From contig JAYVZE010000190.1 of NCBI GenBank assembly GCA_043783625.1, positions 31,551-95,550 of the forward strand: a stretch of 64,000 nucleotides of DNA, read 5' to 3'. Of the stretch, positions 8,115 through 18,110 are shown in pieces (the first letter of the stretch is position 1; every line of letters begins with the position of its first letter). A program made the translations under genes and the position numbers. The notes below the pieces were generated by a model. The model saw nothing but the letters and a program-made list of their open reading frames with translations, had not been told where the DNA came from and searched no databases. Origin of the DNA: Blastocatellia bacterium (lineage in GTDB: Bacteria > Acidobacteriota > Blastocatellia > RBC074).

Positions 8115-11100
8115 ATGCATTTTCGCACCATCACGACGATTTTCTTTTTGTTTCTCTTTTCCTTTTCACTACTTTCGCAAACCCCGTCCGGTGAAATCAG
8201 CGGCGTCATCAACGATCAGTCCGGCTCAGTAGTTCCAGGCGTTCGCGTCGCACTCACCAATATTGCGAACAATGCCACCCGCGAAGTTCAAACCAATGAT
8301 TCCGGTCTCTATGGCTTTCCGGCTTTAGCACCGGGCATCTACTTACTCAAAGCTGAAAAACAGGGCTTTCGCGCTATCGAACGAAAAAATATTGAAGTGC
8401 TTATCGGCAGTGCGAACCGCATTGATCTTTCTCTGGAAGTTGGCGAAATCACCAACGTCGTTGAAGTCAGCGGCGGTGCTCCAATTTTACAAAGCGAAAA
8501 TGCCAGCATCGGAACCGTCATCGAAAATCGCAGCATCGTTGAATTACCCTTGAATGGCCGAAATTATTTGCAACTGACTTCCCTGATTCCAGGCGCGACA
8601 ACAAATGGTCCGTCGTCGAGTCAGGGCAAACAAAGAATGGGCGGACAGCGCAACAGCTTTGCCTTGAACGTCAGCGGTCAGCGCATTCATTTCAATCATT
8701 ATTCGTTGGATGGAATTGAAAATACAGATTTGAATTTTAATAGTTACATGCTGTTGCCGTCGTTGGATGCGATACGTGAATTCAAAGTAGAATCAGGCTT
8801 GTTCGATGCGGAATATGGACGCGCCATTGCGCAAATCAATGTTTCGACAAAATCAGGCGGCAACCAATTTCACGGCTCGCTATTTGAATTTATTCGCAAT
8901 TCATCACTCGACGCCAAGAATTATTTTGATCGCAAGGATCGCCTGATTCCTCCCTTCAAACGGAATCAGTATGGCGCCACCGTGGGCGGCCCCGTCCAAC
9001 TTGGTAAATTATATGATGGGCGAGATCGTCTTTTTTTCCTTTTCAATTGGGAAGGCTTACGTGAACGAAAAGCCTTAACACAAACAATCAACCTCCCGCT
9101 GGCAGCCGAGCGTACAGGCGATTTTTCCGGTAACGCGAATATCATTTATGATCCGGCGACGCGGGTGTTTGACGCCGCAGGTAATGTGATAACTGCGCCT
9201 ACGCCGTTCTTGAATAATAAAATTCCCGACAATCGTATTCATCCGGTAGCGAAAAAATTATTAGCGTTTTACCCACAGCCTCAGGTCGCCGGACGCGTCA
9301 GTAATTTCGTGAATGATGAATCGCGTCGTGTGGATGCCGACCAATATACTTATCGGATTGATTTCACGGAAAACCAGAATTCAAATTGGTTTTTCCGTCA
9401 TAGCATTTCGCACGAACTGGGCTTAGACCCATATCCATTGCCGAATATGGGCATCAATACCGATACCGATATTCAACAAGGCGTGCTGGCGAATACGCGA
9501 ACTTTTGGTTCGAATAAAGTGAATGATTTTCGCTTCGGACTAAGTCGTTTGGTCAATGGACATATTTCTCCGCGCGCCAATACCACGAACGTCGTTAAGG
9601 AGCTTGGCATCAACATTCCGAACGACAATCCGTTGTATTGGGGCGTACCAAATATCGGCATCACAGGCTTAGCAGCAATTGGCGAAGAGAGCGATGCGCC
9701 TTTCATCAATTACGACACGACGATTCAATTTGTAAATAATTTTTCCTGGACGTTTGGTAAGCATTCCGCCAAATTCGGCGGCGAAGTGCGGCGTGTGCGC
9801 TATAACCAAATCGGCGGTGTCGTCACCCGTGGACGCTTCAATTTTGACGGACGTTTTACGCAGCAACCGTTACTGGCTGCAGCCTCACGGGGCGGTGCTC
9901 CACTCGCAGATTTTCTGCTTGGTCATTTCAATAATGCCGAAGGTCAGGTCGGTGCGCCGATTGCAAATTTCCGCTCCAATTATTTTGCTTTGTTTGCACA
10001 GGATAATTGGAAAATCACTCCCAAACTGACGCTTAATTTCGGTTTGCGCTGGGAAAATGACCAGCCCTTCCGCGATAAATATGACGCCATCGTGAACATT
10101 GATTTTCGTTGGGATAATTCGATGGAACCGGTTTATGTTCGTGCGGGACAAGGTGATCCGTATGAAGGCAACCCGGCCTTTCGTTTAGCTTCGGACATTA
10201 AGTATGTCCGCGATGGACGCTTTGGTTCGCGTGCTGTTTTAAATGATCTCAACGATTTCGCGCCTCGTCTCGGCATTGCCTATCAGATCAATCCTAAAAC
10301 TGTCTTACGCACCGGAGCCGGAATCTATTATGTGCGCGACATTGGGAATGCCACTTTCGACATTGTTCGCAATGCTCCGTTCACGATTCGGCAAAATGAA
10401 CCCGCTGAAAGTTTTCGTCCCAATCTCAGCTTTGAGAAACCGTTTACTCGCACAGGCGCGCCAACGTTTATTCTCATCAATCAATTCAATGAACGTAGTT
10501 CGTATGTCGCACAATGGTCGCTCGGTTTTCAGCGCGAAGTGACGAACAACATGACCTTTGAAGCAACGTACTTCGGTTCCGCAGGAATCAAACTGCGGCG
10601 ATTGATGAGTTACAACAACCCCGAACCGAGCCAGTTGCCCAACACCAACAATGCGCGTCCTTTCCCGAAATTCGGGAGCTTTCAAGTTCTGGCTGCGCCG
10701 AGCCATTCCAACTACCACGCGCTTTATTTAAAGGCGCAACAACGCTTTGCGAATGGGTTGACGTTCCTGAGTTCATTCGCGTGGAGCAAATCCATTGACA
10801 ACGGCAGCGGTGTCCGCACAACGGATGGCGACAGCCTGACTCCATCAAACAACTACAATCTTGGACTAGAACGCGGATTGTCAGCTTTTGATTTTCGACG
10901 CCGATGGACGACTTCGGGTTTATATGAACTCCCAATCGGCAAGGGCAAACGCGTAGACCTGAATCCAGTGGCAAATTTCCTGCTGGGCGGTTGGCAATTA
11001 GGCGGAATTTTGACATTGCAGGACGGCTTTCCGTTCACGGTGCTGTGCGGCGCGGGAAATATTCAAAACGGCGGCGGTGTCTGCTACCCCGATTCAACCG

Positions 11101-11444
11101 GCGCGAATCCAAATCTTCCAAGCGATCAACAAACGCGCACGCGATTCTTTAATCTCGATGCGTATGTGGATCGTATTCCGGCGACAGGCAATTTCCGCTA
11201 CGGCACGACAGGACGCAACTCAGTAATCGGACCTGGAATAATTAGCCTTGACGCTTCGCTGAACAAGAAATTCAATCTCACGGAATCGAAGTATTTTGAA
11301 TTTCGAACCGAAGTTTTCAATGCCCCAAATCACCCGATCTGGAACGTGCCTGGACGCCAGTTACGACAAGCTGATTTTGGCGTCATTACCAGCACTAAAA
11401 TTGATTCACGCCAGCTCCAGTTTGCGTTGAAATTAGTTTTTTAG
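8115..11444 (+). CDS. CarboxypepD_reg-domain TonB-dependent-receptor-like outer-membrane protein
   Basis: Signal peptide, then an N-terminal GVINDQSGSVVPGVRVALTN carboxypeptidase-regulatory-like fold, then a plug-like region (ELPLNGRNY). The long beta-barrel ends ..LQFALKLVF with a terminal aromatic residue. Confidence 0.85.
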   Translation: MHFRTITTIFFLFLFSFSLLSQTPSGEISGVINDQSGSVVPGVRVALTNIANNATREVQTNDSGLYGFPALAPGIYLLKAEKQGFRAIERKNIEVLIGSANRIDLSLEVGEITNVVEVSGGAPILQSENASIGTVIENRSIVELPLNGRNYLQLTSLIPGATTNGPSSSQGKQRMGGQRNSFALNVSGQRIHFNHYSLDGIENTDLNFNSYMLLPSLDAIREFKVESGLFDAEYGRAIAQINVSTKSGGNQFHGSLFEFIRNSSLDAKNYFDRKDRLIPPFKRNQYGATVGGPVQLGKLYDGRDRLFFLFNWEGLRERKALTQTINLPLAAERTGDFSGNANIIYDPATRVFDAAGNVITAPTPFLNNKIPDNRIHPVAKKLLAFYPQPQVAGRVSNFVNDESRRVDADQYTYRIDFTENQNSNWFFRHSISHELGLDPYPLPNMGINTDTDIQQGVLANTRTFGSNKVNDFRFGLSRLVNGHISPRANTTNVVKELGINIPNDNPLYWGVPNIGITGLAAIGEESDAPFINYDTTIQFVNNFSWTFGKHSAKFGGEVRRVRYNQIGGVVTRGRFNFDGRFTQQPLLAAASRGGAPLADFLLGHFNNAEGQVGAPIANFRSNYFALFAQDNWKITPKLTLNFGLRWENDQPFRDKYDAIVNIDFRWDNSMEPVYVRAGQGDPYEGNPAFRLASDIKYVRDGRFGSRAVLNDLNDFAPRLGIAYQINPKTVLRTGAGIYYVRDIGNATFDIVRNAPFTIRQNEPAESFRPNLSFEKPFTRTGAPTFILINQFNERSSYVAQWSLGFQREVTNNMTFEATYFGSAGIKLRRLMSYNNPEPSQLPNTNNARPFPKFGSFQVLAAPSHSNYHALYLKAQQRFANGLTFLSSFAWSKSIDNGSGVRTTDGDSLTPSNNYNLGLERGLSAFDFRRRWTTSGLYELPIGKGKRVDLNPVANFLLGGWQLGGILTLQDGFPFTVLCGAGNIQNGGGVCYPDSTGANPNLPSDQQTRTRFFNLDAYVDRIPATGNFRYGTTGRNSVIGPGIISLDASLNKKFNLTESKYFEFRTEVFNAPNHPIWNVPGRQLRQADFGVITSTKIDSRQLQFALKLVF

Positions 11445-11468
11445 GGCGCCATTTCTACATAAAAAATT

Positions 11469-11504
11469 CGGCACGAGCAGGCAATTCTTTCTCTGCTCGT
11501 GCCG
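11469..11504 (+). terminator. 12-bp stem-loop downstream of the OMP gene
   Basis: CGGCACGAGCAG (11469-11480) pairs with CTGCTCGTGCCG (11493-11504). There is no clear T-tract on the + strand. Confidence 0.45.
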
Positions 11505-11611
11505 GAAAACTTCTGAACGATTGCATTTCAACTTCTCAATCCCGATAATACTTCTATGCCCTGTATGGCTACCCATCAGAGATACCAATAACAAATCAGA
11601 GGAATTTTTCA

Positions 11612-12478
11612 ATGAACCATCTTCTCTCACGCCGTGATTTACTCAAGGCATCAGCACTTTCCGCAGCGGCACTCCCCTTTGCAAATTTAACCGCTGCATT
11701 TGCACAAAAAACAATTACCCATCCAGACCCGTGGAAAGGGCTGAAAATCGGTGTTGCCACCTACACGTTCCGCGAATGGCCGATTGAACAAACGATCAAA
11801 GGATTACAAACCGTCGGAGCGAAATACATCTCTATTAAGAATGTAAAAAATCACATTGATATTTCGCACTCCACAGAAGAACGCAAGCAACGCGCCAAAA
11901 TGTTCCGCGATGGCGGAATGGAAATCCTCAGCGTCGGCAACGTCAGCCTCCGTGGTTCTGACGATGAAATCCGCAAGGGTTTTGAATATGCCCGCGATGT
12001 CGGCGTCCCCACCATCGTTTGCGCACCGCGCCTTGATGCAATGCCGCTCCTTGATAAACTCGTCAAAGAATTCAATATCAAGCTCGCCATTCACAATCAC
12101 GGCCCCGAAGACAAAGGATTTTTCCCCTCGCCTTATGACGTAATGACAGCAGTTGGAAAATTCGACAAACGCATTGGACTTTGCATTGACGTAGGTCACA
12201 CCGCACGCGCCGGAGTTGACCCCGCAGAGTCCATCATTAAGTGCAAAGAACGTTTGTACGATTTACACTTGAAAGATATTTCTGCGCTGGGCAACAAAAA
12301 TACACCCATCGAAGGCGGACGTGGCATCCTTGATTTGACTGCAATTTTGCAGGCTTTGCGTAAAATTAATTATCAAGGATTAGCGGGCTACGAATACGAA
12401 AAAGATGGCAAAGACCCATTAGCGGGCTTAGCGGAAACTTTGGGATACACCAAAGGTTTGTTGGCGAATTTGAAATAA
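11612..12478 (+). CDS. Tat-exported sugar phosphate isomerase/epimerase (xylose-isomerase-like TIM barrel)
   Basis: Twin-arginine leader [18 protein letters not shown]-endonuclease-2/TIM-barrel motifs: LAIHNHG, DVGH, EYE. Confidence 0.85.
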   Translation: MNHLLSRRDLLKASALSAAALPFANLTAAFAQKTITHPDPWKGLKIGVATYTFREWPIEQTIKGLQTVGAKYISIKNVKNHIDISHSTEERKQRAKMFRDGGMEILSVGNVSLRGSDDEIRKGFEYARDVGVPTIVCAPRLDAMPLLDKLVKEFNIKLAIHNHGPEDKGFFPSPYDVMTAVGKFDKRIGLCIDVGHTARAGVDPAESIIKCKERLYDLHLKDISALGNKNTPIEGGRGILDLTAILQALRKINYQGLAGYEYEKDGKDPLAGLAETLGYTKGLLANLK

Positions 12479-12481
12479 CAA

Positions 12482-12616
12482 ATGGCGGCAGCCTTTGGAG
12501 TCCGGTGGCTTGACACCGCTTTTGTGTTCGCTACCTCATACGCCACATTGCAACAAAAGTTTTTGGTGGCGAACGAAAAGCTGCGCCGAGTCGCAGCACT
12601 CCAAAGGCTTCGCCAT
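12482..12616. repeat. 135-bp imperfect palindrome between two co-oriented genes
   Basis: ATGGCGGCAGCCTTTGGAGT (12482-12501) pairs with ACTCCAAAGGCTTCGCCAT (12598-12616). Inner segments (CGCTTTTGTGTTCGC / GCGAACGAAAAGC) also pair. Confidence 0.7.
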
Positions 12617-12634
12617 CCTCGCTCAGAAATCATT

Positions 12635-13924
12635 ATGCGGCCTAAATTATTGCTACTTCTCTCGACCCTTATTTTCTGTGTCACAGCTTTTACTCAGGAA
12701 CCCGCCAAAGAAAAACCCAAAATCATCGCCATCAAAGCCGGACGCCTGATTGACGGCATCAGCAACACTATCATCAATAATGCCTTCATCCTCATCGAAG
12801 GTGATAAAATTATCGCCGTTGGTTCCGACGTAAAAGTTCCTGCCGGAGCAGAAGTCATTGATCTGAAAAATTCGACCGTGATGCCGGGATTGATTGACTG
12901 TCACACGCACGTGACTTCGCAGCCAGCAGATTATTACGCTGACACGTTTCGCAAAACGCCGATTGCCGAAGCCGTCACCGCGCACCTCTACGCTAAACGC
13001 ACGCTCGAAGCGGGATTCACAACCATTCGCAATGTTGGCGCGGGCGAATTCATTGACATTGCTTTGCGCGATGCCATTAATCGCGGCGATGTCATCGGCC
13101 CGCGAATGCAATGCGCGACGCTGTCAATCGGCGCGACGGGCGGACACGGCGATCTGAGCGGCTTTTCGCCTTACCTCAAATTTGCACATTTTTCCGGCAT
13201 TGCCGATGGCGCAGATGAAATTCGCAAAATGGTGCGCTTTCAAATTAAGAATGGCGCGGACGTGATTAAAATGATTGCCACCGCCGGAGTTTTATCCGAA
13301 GAAGAATCTGTCGGCGCTCCGCAATATTCATTGGAAGAAATGAAAGTGATGGTCGAAGAAGCTGCGATGTGGGGCAAAAAAGTTTGCGCTCACGCGCACG
13401 GAACTGACGGCATCAAACGCGCTACGATTGCGGGTGTCGCCTCCATCGAACACGGTTCGTTCCTCGACGACGAAGCCATCAAATTGATGAAAGAACACGG
13501 CACTTACCTCGTCGCCGATATTTACAACGACGATTACATTTTGGCTGAATATGCCAAGATGGGTTATCCCGAAAAGATTCTTGAAAAAGAACGTAAAGTC
13601 GGTCTCACACAACGGCAAAGCTTTCAAAAAGCCGTCAAAGCCGGAGTCAAAATCGCCTATGGCACAGACTCTGGCGTCTATCCGCACGGCTGGAATGGCA
13701 AGCAATTTTTTCACATGGTGAAGTGGGGATTGACTCCAATGGAAGCCATCAAAGCTGCGACTGTAAATTCAGCCGACCTGCTTGGGTGGAGCGAAAAAGT
13801 TGGTTCAATTTCCGCCGGAAAATTCGCCGACATCGTTGCCGTTGACGGCGATCCGCTGAAAGATATTACGGAAATGGAGAAGGTGAAATTCGTGATGAAG
13901 GGTGGCGTAGTTTATAAGAAATGA
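12635..13924 (+). CDS. secreted metal-dependent amidohydrolase (imidazolonepropionase/Xaa-Pro dipeptidase-like family)
   Basis: ATG 12635 gives the signal peptide MRPKLLLLLSTLIFCVTAFTQ. Motifs include PGLIDCHTH, HAHG and GTDSG. The tracked start at 12482 lies in the palindrome. Confidence 0.85.
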   Translation: MRPKLLLLLSTLIFCVTAFTQEPAKEKPKIIAIKAGRLIDGISNTIINNAFILIEGDKIIAVGSDVKVPAGAEVIDLKNSTVMPGLIDCHTHVTSQPADYYADTFRKTPIAEAVTAHLYAKRTLEAGFTTIRNVGAGEFIDIALRDAINRGDVIGPRMQCATLSIGATGGHGDLSGFSPYLKFAHFSGIADGADEIRKMVRFQIKNGADVIKMIATAGVLSEEESVGAPQYSLEEMKVMVEEAAMWGKKVCAHAHGTDGIKRATIAGVASIEHGSFLDDEAIKLMKEHGTYLVADIYNDDYILAEYAKMGYPEKILEKERKVGLTQRQSFQKAVKAGVKIAYGTDSGVYPHGWNGKQFFHMVKWGLTPMEAIKAATVNSADLLGWSEKVGSISAGKFADIVAVDGDPLKDITEMEKVKFVMKGGVVYKK

Positions 13925-14109
13925 GGCTCGTACTTAAATCGTCGCACAGGAACAAAAATGCAAAGAAATCTCGTAGGCCAAAATAAGATACTACAGCCGT
14001 GCATTAGGTAGTTATAGGAAAATTCACACGCGCTGTGATTTACTTCACTTTTCGTAGAGCAGTTCTAACTCCCGCACGGCGCTACAATCTTATTTACAGT
14101 AACTACTTA

Positions 14110-14880
14110 TTATATTTTCCGATAACTACCTTTTCCCGAAAACTCAATTAAACCTTTATCCCGTAAAAATTGCAGTTGCTGCCTTATTTTATCTTTAATA
14201 TGATTATTATTGGGATATTTTAGCTTTAATTGATTTTCAAAGGCATAGACTTCTCTAAGAGAAAAAGTGTCATTTTTTATTTTATCGATACAATTCATAC
14301 TATCTATAATCCACCCTCTCGAATCTATATTTTTAAATTTCAAAAATATTGTGCTTAACCATTTTTCTTGAACTTTTTCTCGTGAAATAATTTCAGAATT
14401 TTTTATTAAAAAAATCCGTCCGCTTTCTGGAATTTTTGATATTTCGATATTACAACCTAGCCAACCTGCCCTTCTTGCTGTATCGCTTAATGGTTTTCTT
14501 TTTTCGACAATATCGGGAACAAAAAAGTGTTTTTGGATTATAAGAAAATTATTGACAGACAAACTTTTTTTGCTGTAATTCAGAAAAAAGAAGTTTGGAT
14601 TGTTTGCTGAATTAATTCTTTCTATCATCTTAGAATAAGCCCCGTCTACAATTTTATCACCTACTTTATTTCCACCTTTACTTTTTAGTTCGAATTCTTC
14701 TAAACAATCACCACAATAGAAATCCGCAACAGGTTTATTATTTTCAAATTCAGATAATTCTGAACACCCGCAATTTGGACAATAACTATTATGCTTTACC
14801 CAATTTTCAGTAAGCACCCTCGCAATTTGAGAATTACTGGTGTAATTATTTGCTAAATATCTATCAAATTGAAGGTTCAT
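14110..14880 (-). CDS. DpnI-like (Dam-replacing family) methyl-directed type IIM restriction endonuclease
   Basis: The 256-aa product is collinear with my recollection of S. pneumoniae DpnI. Shared motifs: YCPNCG, NNKPVADFYCGDCLEEFELKSK, NNPNFFFL, TARRAGWLGCNI, SRGW, NNHIKDKIRQQLQFLRDKGLIEF..G.YRKI. Confidence 0.85.
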   Translation of the reverse strand: MNLQFDRYLANNYTSNSQIARVLTENWVKHNSYCPNCGCSELSEFENNKPVADFYCGDCLEEFELKSKGGNKVGDKIVDGAYSKMIERINSANNPNFFFLNYSKKSLSVNNFLIIQKHFFVPDIVEKRKPLSDTARRAGWLGCNIEISKIPESGRIFLIKNSEIISREKVQEKWLSTIFLKFKNIDSRGWIIDSMNCIDKIKNDTFSLREVYAFENQLKLKYPNNNHIKDKIRQQLQFLRDKGLIEFSGKGSYRKI

Positions 14881-14974
14881 TTTTATGCAGCTCGTTTTGC
14901 GTTTATATTTCCTTGTATTTTGTTTTGTACTGGGTAACCACTAGAAAACGAAAATGTCGCGGCTCGGTTACCAC

Positions 14975-16738
14975 TTATCTGCTAATTCCTCTGCTGATTA
15001 CGATGCGCCGTTTGATTGGCGTCACTATCAGACTCGTCATCTCCATCGCCCCACTGTACGAAGCAGTGATTGTTGCTGATGTATCAGTTACAACTGCGCC
15101 AGTGAAAGCCATAAACGTTGCCTTGAACTGACCTGCTTCAATGAAAACCGTTGACGGTACAGAAACGATAGATGGATTGTCGCTCGCCAGCGTAATCATA
15201 ACGCCGCCGACTGGTGCAAAGTCATTCAGATAAATTGTTCCCGTCTTCAAAGTATCAGCCGTAACAATTGGCGGGCTAAAATTAACCGCTGATAGCAACG
15301 GCGCGACTGTCAACGTATTGGCAACAGTTCCAAGATTTGCCGTAGCGGAAATGATGGCAGGTTGATAGCTCGTTGCGGCCTTCGTAGTAATTGAAAATTC
15401 TATGCTTTTAGCTCCGGCTGGAATTCGTACAGAACCGGGGACAGTGGCGTATTCAGGGCGTGAACTCGTCAGCCCCACCTCCGTACCGCCTATCGGAGCA
15501 GAAATAGATAACGTGAATATTCCTCTGCCAGCCGTGCCACCAACCAGAAATGTCGAATCCAAATTCAAATTGTTGGATGGCTCAAAGGGTGTACGACCTC
15601 CGGGAAAAGGACGATACAGCGGATCACCCACGTTAATTATCATCCATTGTAAAAAGGCAGTGTTGCGCAAAAAAGCATCGCCAACATTTGCACCTTCAAA
15701 TAAATTTCTGAACACGCCATCAGGATGCGGCAAGCCTTCTAAATACGGTTCGTTGATCGCACCGCTAGTGATCGTAATTCCCTTCTTTAAAGCGTTTGCA
15801 GTCCAGTTTGCACCACCGCGCGGATCAAGTGCCGAAGCACTGTCGAGATGAAATCCTATTGCGCCAGTCGCCCAACTAAACGCGTCGTTGTAATTGTTGT
15901 AGGAATACCAACCGGAATAGAGAGCTACATTTTCACATCGCAACGGAGCAGGAGCGATGCCAAATTCCGCTTCTTGTTCATCTTCGGTCACGGCCATTCC
16001 GATTTTTCTGGCGAAATCTGCCGCACGCAATAAATCCCAATTCCCTGCGCTTAAACTCCAATCTTCCAGCGTACCAATTGCCCCAAGCCTGCGATCAAAA
16101 CAGCCTTGTCCGTTTAATCCATTCGCTTCGGCTTGCATTGCTTTATCAACTAACCCTTTCGCTAAATCAATGGTTGCGGCATCCAATCGCCAGACGGAAT
16201 AAATACGCGCTGCGCCGGATTGATTCCGGTAATCGGCGAACGAAATAAACGGCGGATAAATATTTCCCTGACTTTGGATTTGGGCGAAGTAAGAATGATT
16301 GGTAATCTCAAAAATATCGAGAATATTTTCATTCCAGATGTCAGCAACGAATTGATCTACGGCTCTGATGTCAAGCACTGATCCGGCGGGAACATTGACA
16401 ATTTTGTAAGGAGTTTGGTAAGCGAAGACGACGTACAAAATTCGATCTTTGCCCAAAGCGTTCAAGCAAGACTGGATCGGCTTACGGACGTTTATTTCGT
16501 AGTCGTAGAAATCTATCGCATCGCCATGCGTCGGAGTAATCGCACATTTATTCGCAGCGGGAATTCCGCGTTTGGATAAATAATAATTGGCGACTTCGAG
16601 CGATTCGGGGACGTTGGCGTTGAAGACGATTAAGACGCGCTCTGACAGAGGAATTGTATTATTTTGTGTTGTCGCATCACTGCTTCCGAACATCAGCAAG
16701 ATAAGCACCAAGCCGGAAAAATAGTTCTGCCATTTCAT
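14975..16738 (-). CDS. secreted protein with a TIGR03790-like N-terminal region and two C-terminal Ig-like repeats
   Basis: Signal peptide. The motifs VLIVFNANVPESLEVANYYLSKRGIP, YSGWYSYNNY and GDPLYRPF recall the TIGR03790 family (from memory). Two ~90-aa tandem repeats follow (..GGTEVGLTSSRPEYATVPGSVRIPAG.. and ..GGVMITLASDNPSIVSVPSTVFIEAG..). Confidence 0.6.
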   Translation of the reverse strand: MKWQNYFSGLVLILLMFGSSDATTQNNTIPLSERVLIVFNANVPESLEVANYYLSKRGIPAANKCAITPTHGDAIDFYDYEINVRKPIQSCLNALGKDRILYVVFAYQTPYKIVNVPAGSVLDIRAVDQFVADIWNENILDIFEITNHSYFAQIQSQGNIYPPFISFADYRNQSGAARIYSVWRLDAATIDLAKGLVDKAMQAEANGLNGQGCFDRRLGAIGTLEDWSLSAGNWDLLRAADFARKIGMAVTEDEQEAEFGIAPAPLRCENVALYSGWYSYNNYNDAFSWATGAIGFHLDSASALDPRGGANWTANALKKGITITSGAINEPYLEGLPHPDGVFRNLFEGANVGDAFLRNTAFLQWMIINVGDPLYRPFPGGRTPFEPSNNLNLDSTFLVGGTAGRGIFTLSISAPIGGTEVGLTSSRPEYATVPGSVRIPAGAKSIEFSITTKAATSYQPAIISATANLGTVANTLTVAPLLSAVNFSPPIVTADTLKTGTIYLNDFAPVGGVMITLASDNPSIVSVPSTVFIEAGQFKATFMAFTGAVVTDTSATITASYSGAMEMTSLIVTPIKRRIVISRGISR

Positions 16739-16747
16739 GACGATTCC

Positions 16748-18106
16748 TTACATCATAAAGCCTAAATTCGCCGTATCAAACCGCCCCAGATGAGGAAACA
16801 CCGTCGTCAAATCTCCCGCCGAAACCCCGAACCATGACGCCAGTGTCGCCGCATACTGGTCGCACGAAGTCGTCGGAATCCAGCGTCCTAATTCCGTATC
16901 ATCCGGGCCGTTGATGGTCTGATTCGGGAATTTGCCGTAGATGTCTCCGCCTTTGACGGCATCTCCAAGAATGAAGTGATGGCTGCCCCAACCGTGATCG
17001 GAGCCTTTGCCGTTCGCACGAAACGTCCGCCCAAAATCTGAAGCCGTAAACGTCGTCACATTTGAAGCAACTCCTAATTCTGTCAGTGCATTGTAAAAAG
17101 CTCCTAACGTCGAACTCATTTCACGCAATAAGGGAGGATGTTCAGTGATCTCATCACCGTGCGTATCAAAGCCGCCGAGTGAACAGAAAAAGATTTGCCG
17201 TTTCAATCCGAATGAACTTCGCCCCGCGATTAAGCGAGCGATCATTTTCAATTGATTCCCTAAATATCCGGCGGGGATTTGCGTCGTTAAATTCACATTC
17301 GCCAGTGAAGCTTTGACGATTTGATCGGCTGAAATTGCCCGCTTCATCACCCGATTATATTCAGTCTCAAATAAACCTTTATGCTCCTGCTCCAGCATTT
17401 CACGATACGCCCGCGAAACGGAATCGCCCCCGCCAATCACATCAATTCCATTCAATCCGATGCTTCCCTGCTTCGGAGAAACCTGATACTGCGCAATCGT
17501 ATTGGACGCCTGAAAGGTATTTGCGCCTGCCGTCGAAACCGACATCGAAATCTGCGGATTGGTATTCAGCGAATTCATCAAATCTGCGACCCGTCCGCCC
17601 CAGCCTGTCCCCGAAGCCAAATCTTCAGGGCGAATATTCGACCAAATCACCTGCTGGTCACTGTGCGAAAATAATGAGCGCGGAAGCTTGGCTCGCTTGG
17701 TTTGATAATTCGTTCGCGTCGTCACTTCAACTAACGGACCGACATTCGCCAGAACAGCTAATTTTCCTGACGTAAAAAGTGCTTGCAGCTCACTCAAATT
17801 TGGATTGAAAGCGTACTCCCGTCCGTCACTGGTTTTGGGCGTAATCGGCAGCAGTTGGTTTTGCGCAATCGCAATCGTTGTGCGGCTGGAATAATAATTA
17901 TTATACTCAGCCTGCGAGCGCGGGATAATGCAATTGTCGCCATCATTACCCCCGTATAAAAACAAGCAAACCAGTGCTTTATAATCGTCCGCCGGAGGAA
18001 CCGCCGCCGCGACACGGGCGAAGTCTCCATAAGATGAAGCCATGGCTCCGGCACCCATCGCGGCACAAATTGATTGATGAATAAAAGCTCGACGATTGTT
18101 TTTCAT
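16748..18106 (-). CDS. DUF1501 family protein (sulfatase-fold, Tat-exported)
   Basis: Tat-like leader NRRAFIHQSICAAMGAGAMA. Motifs LGGFDTHGD and GSDHGWG are typical of DUF1501. Confidence 0.85.
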   Translation of the reverse strand: MKNNRRAFIHQSICAAMGAGAMASSYGDFARVAAAVPPADDYKALVCLFLYGGNDGDNCIIPRSQAEYNNYYSSRTTIAIAQNQLLPITPKTSDGREYAFNPNLSELQALFTSGKLAVLANVGPLVEVTTRTNYQTKRAKLPRSLFSHSDQQVIWSNIRPEDLASGTGWGGRVADLMNSLNTNPQISMSVSTAGANTFQASNTIAQYQVSPKQGSIGLNGIDVIGGGDSVSRAYREMLEQEHKGLFETEYNRVMKRAISADQIVKASLANVNLTTQIPAGYLGNQLKMIARLIAGRSSFGLKRQIFFCSLGGFDTHGDEITEHPPLLREMSSTLGAFYNALTELGVASNVTTFTASDFGRTFRANGKGSDHGWGSHHFILGDAVKGGDIYGKFPNQTINGPDDTELGRWIPTTSCDQYAATLASWFGVSAGDLTTVFPHLGRFDTANLGFMM

Positions 18107-18110
18107 AAAA

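Noticed and set aside
10305-11016. Long antisense ORFs inside large genes: 10305-10718 and 10588-11016 in the OMP gene, 30061-30579, 34339-34818 in lepA, 12653-13111, 35535-36122 and 52618-53064.
   Set aside because: They overlap strongly supported genes on the opposite strand or run through repeats. Their composition is Arg/Ser/Cys-rich, typical of antisense frames, and they contain no recognisable motifs.
12482-12634. Tracked N-terminal extensions that run through palindromic repeats: 12482 for the amidohydrolase, 1288 for the ABC ATPase and 2926 for the micro-ORF.
   Set aside because: The extra residues are encoded by inverted-repeat DNA. The internal ATGs (12635, 1339, 3037) give proper signal peptides, conserved N-termini or RBS contexts.
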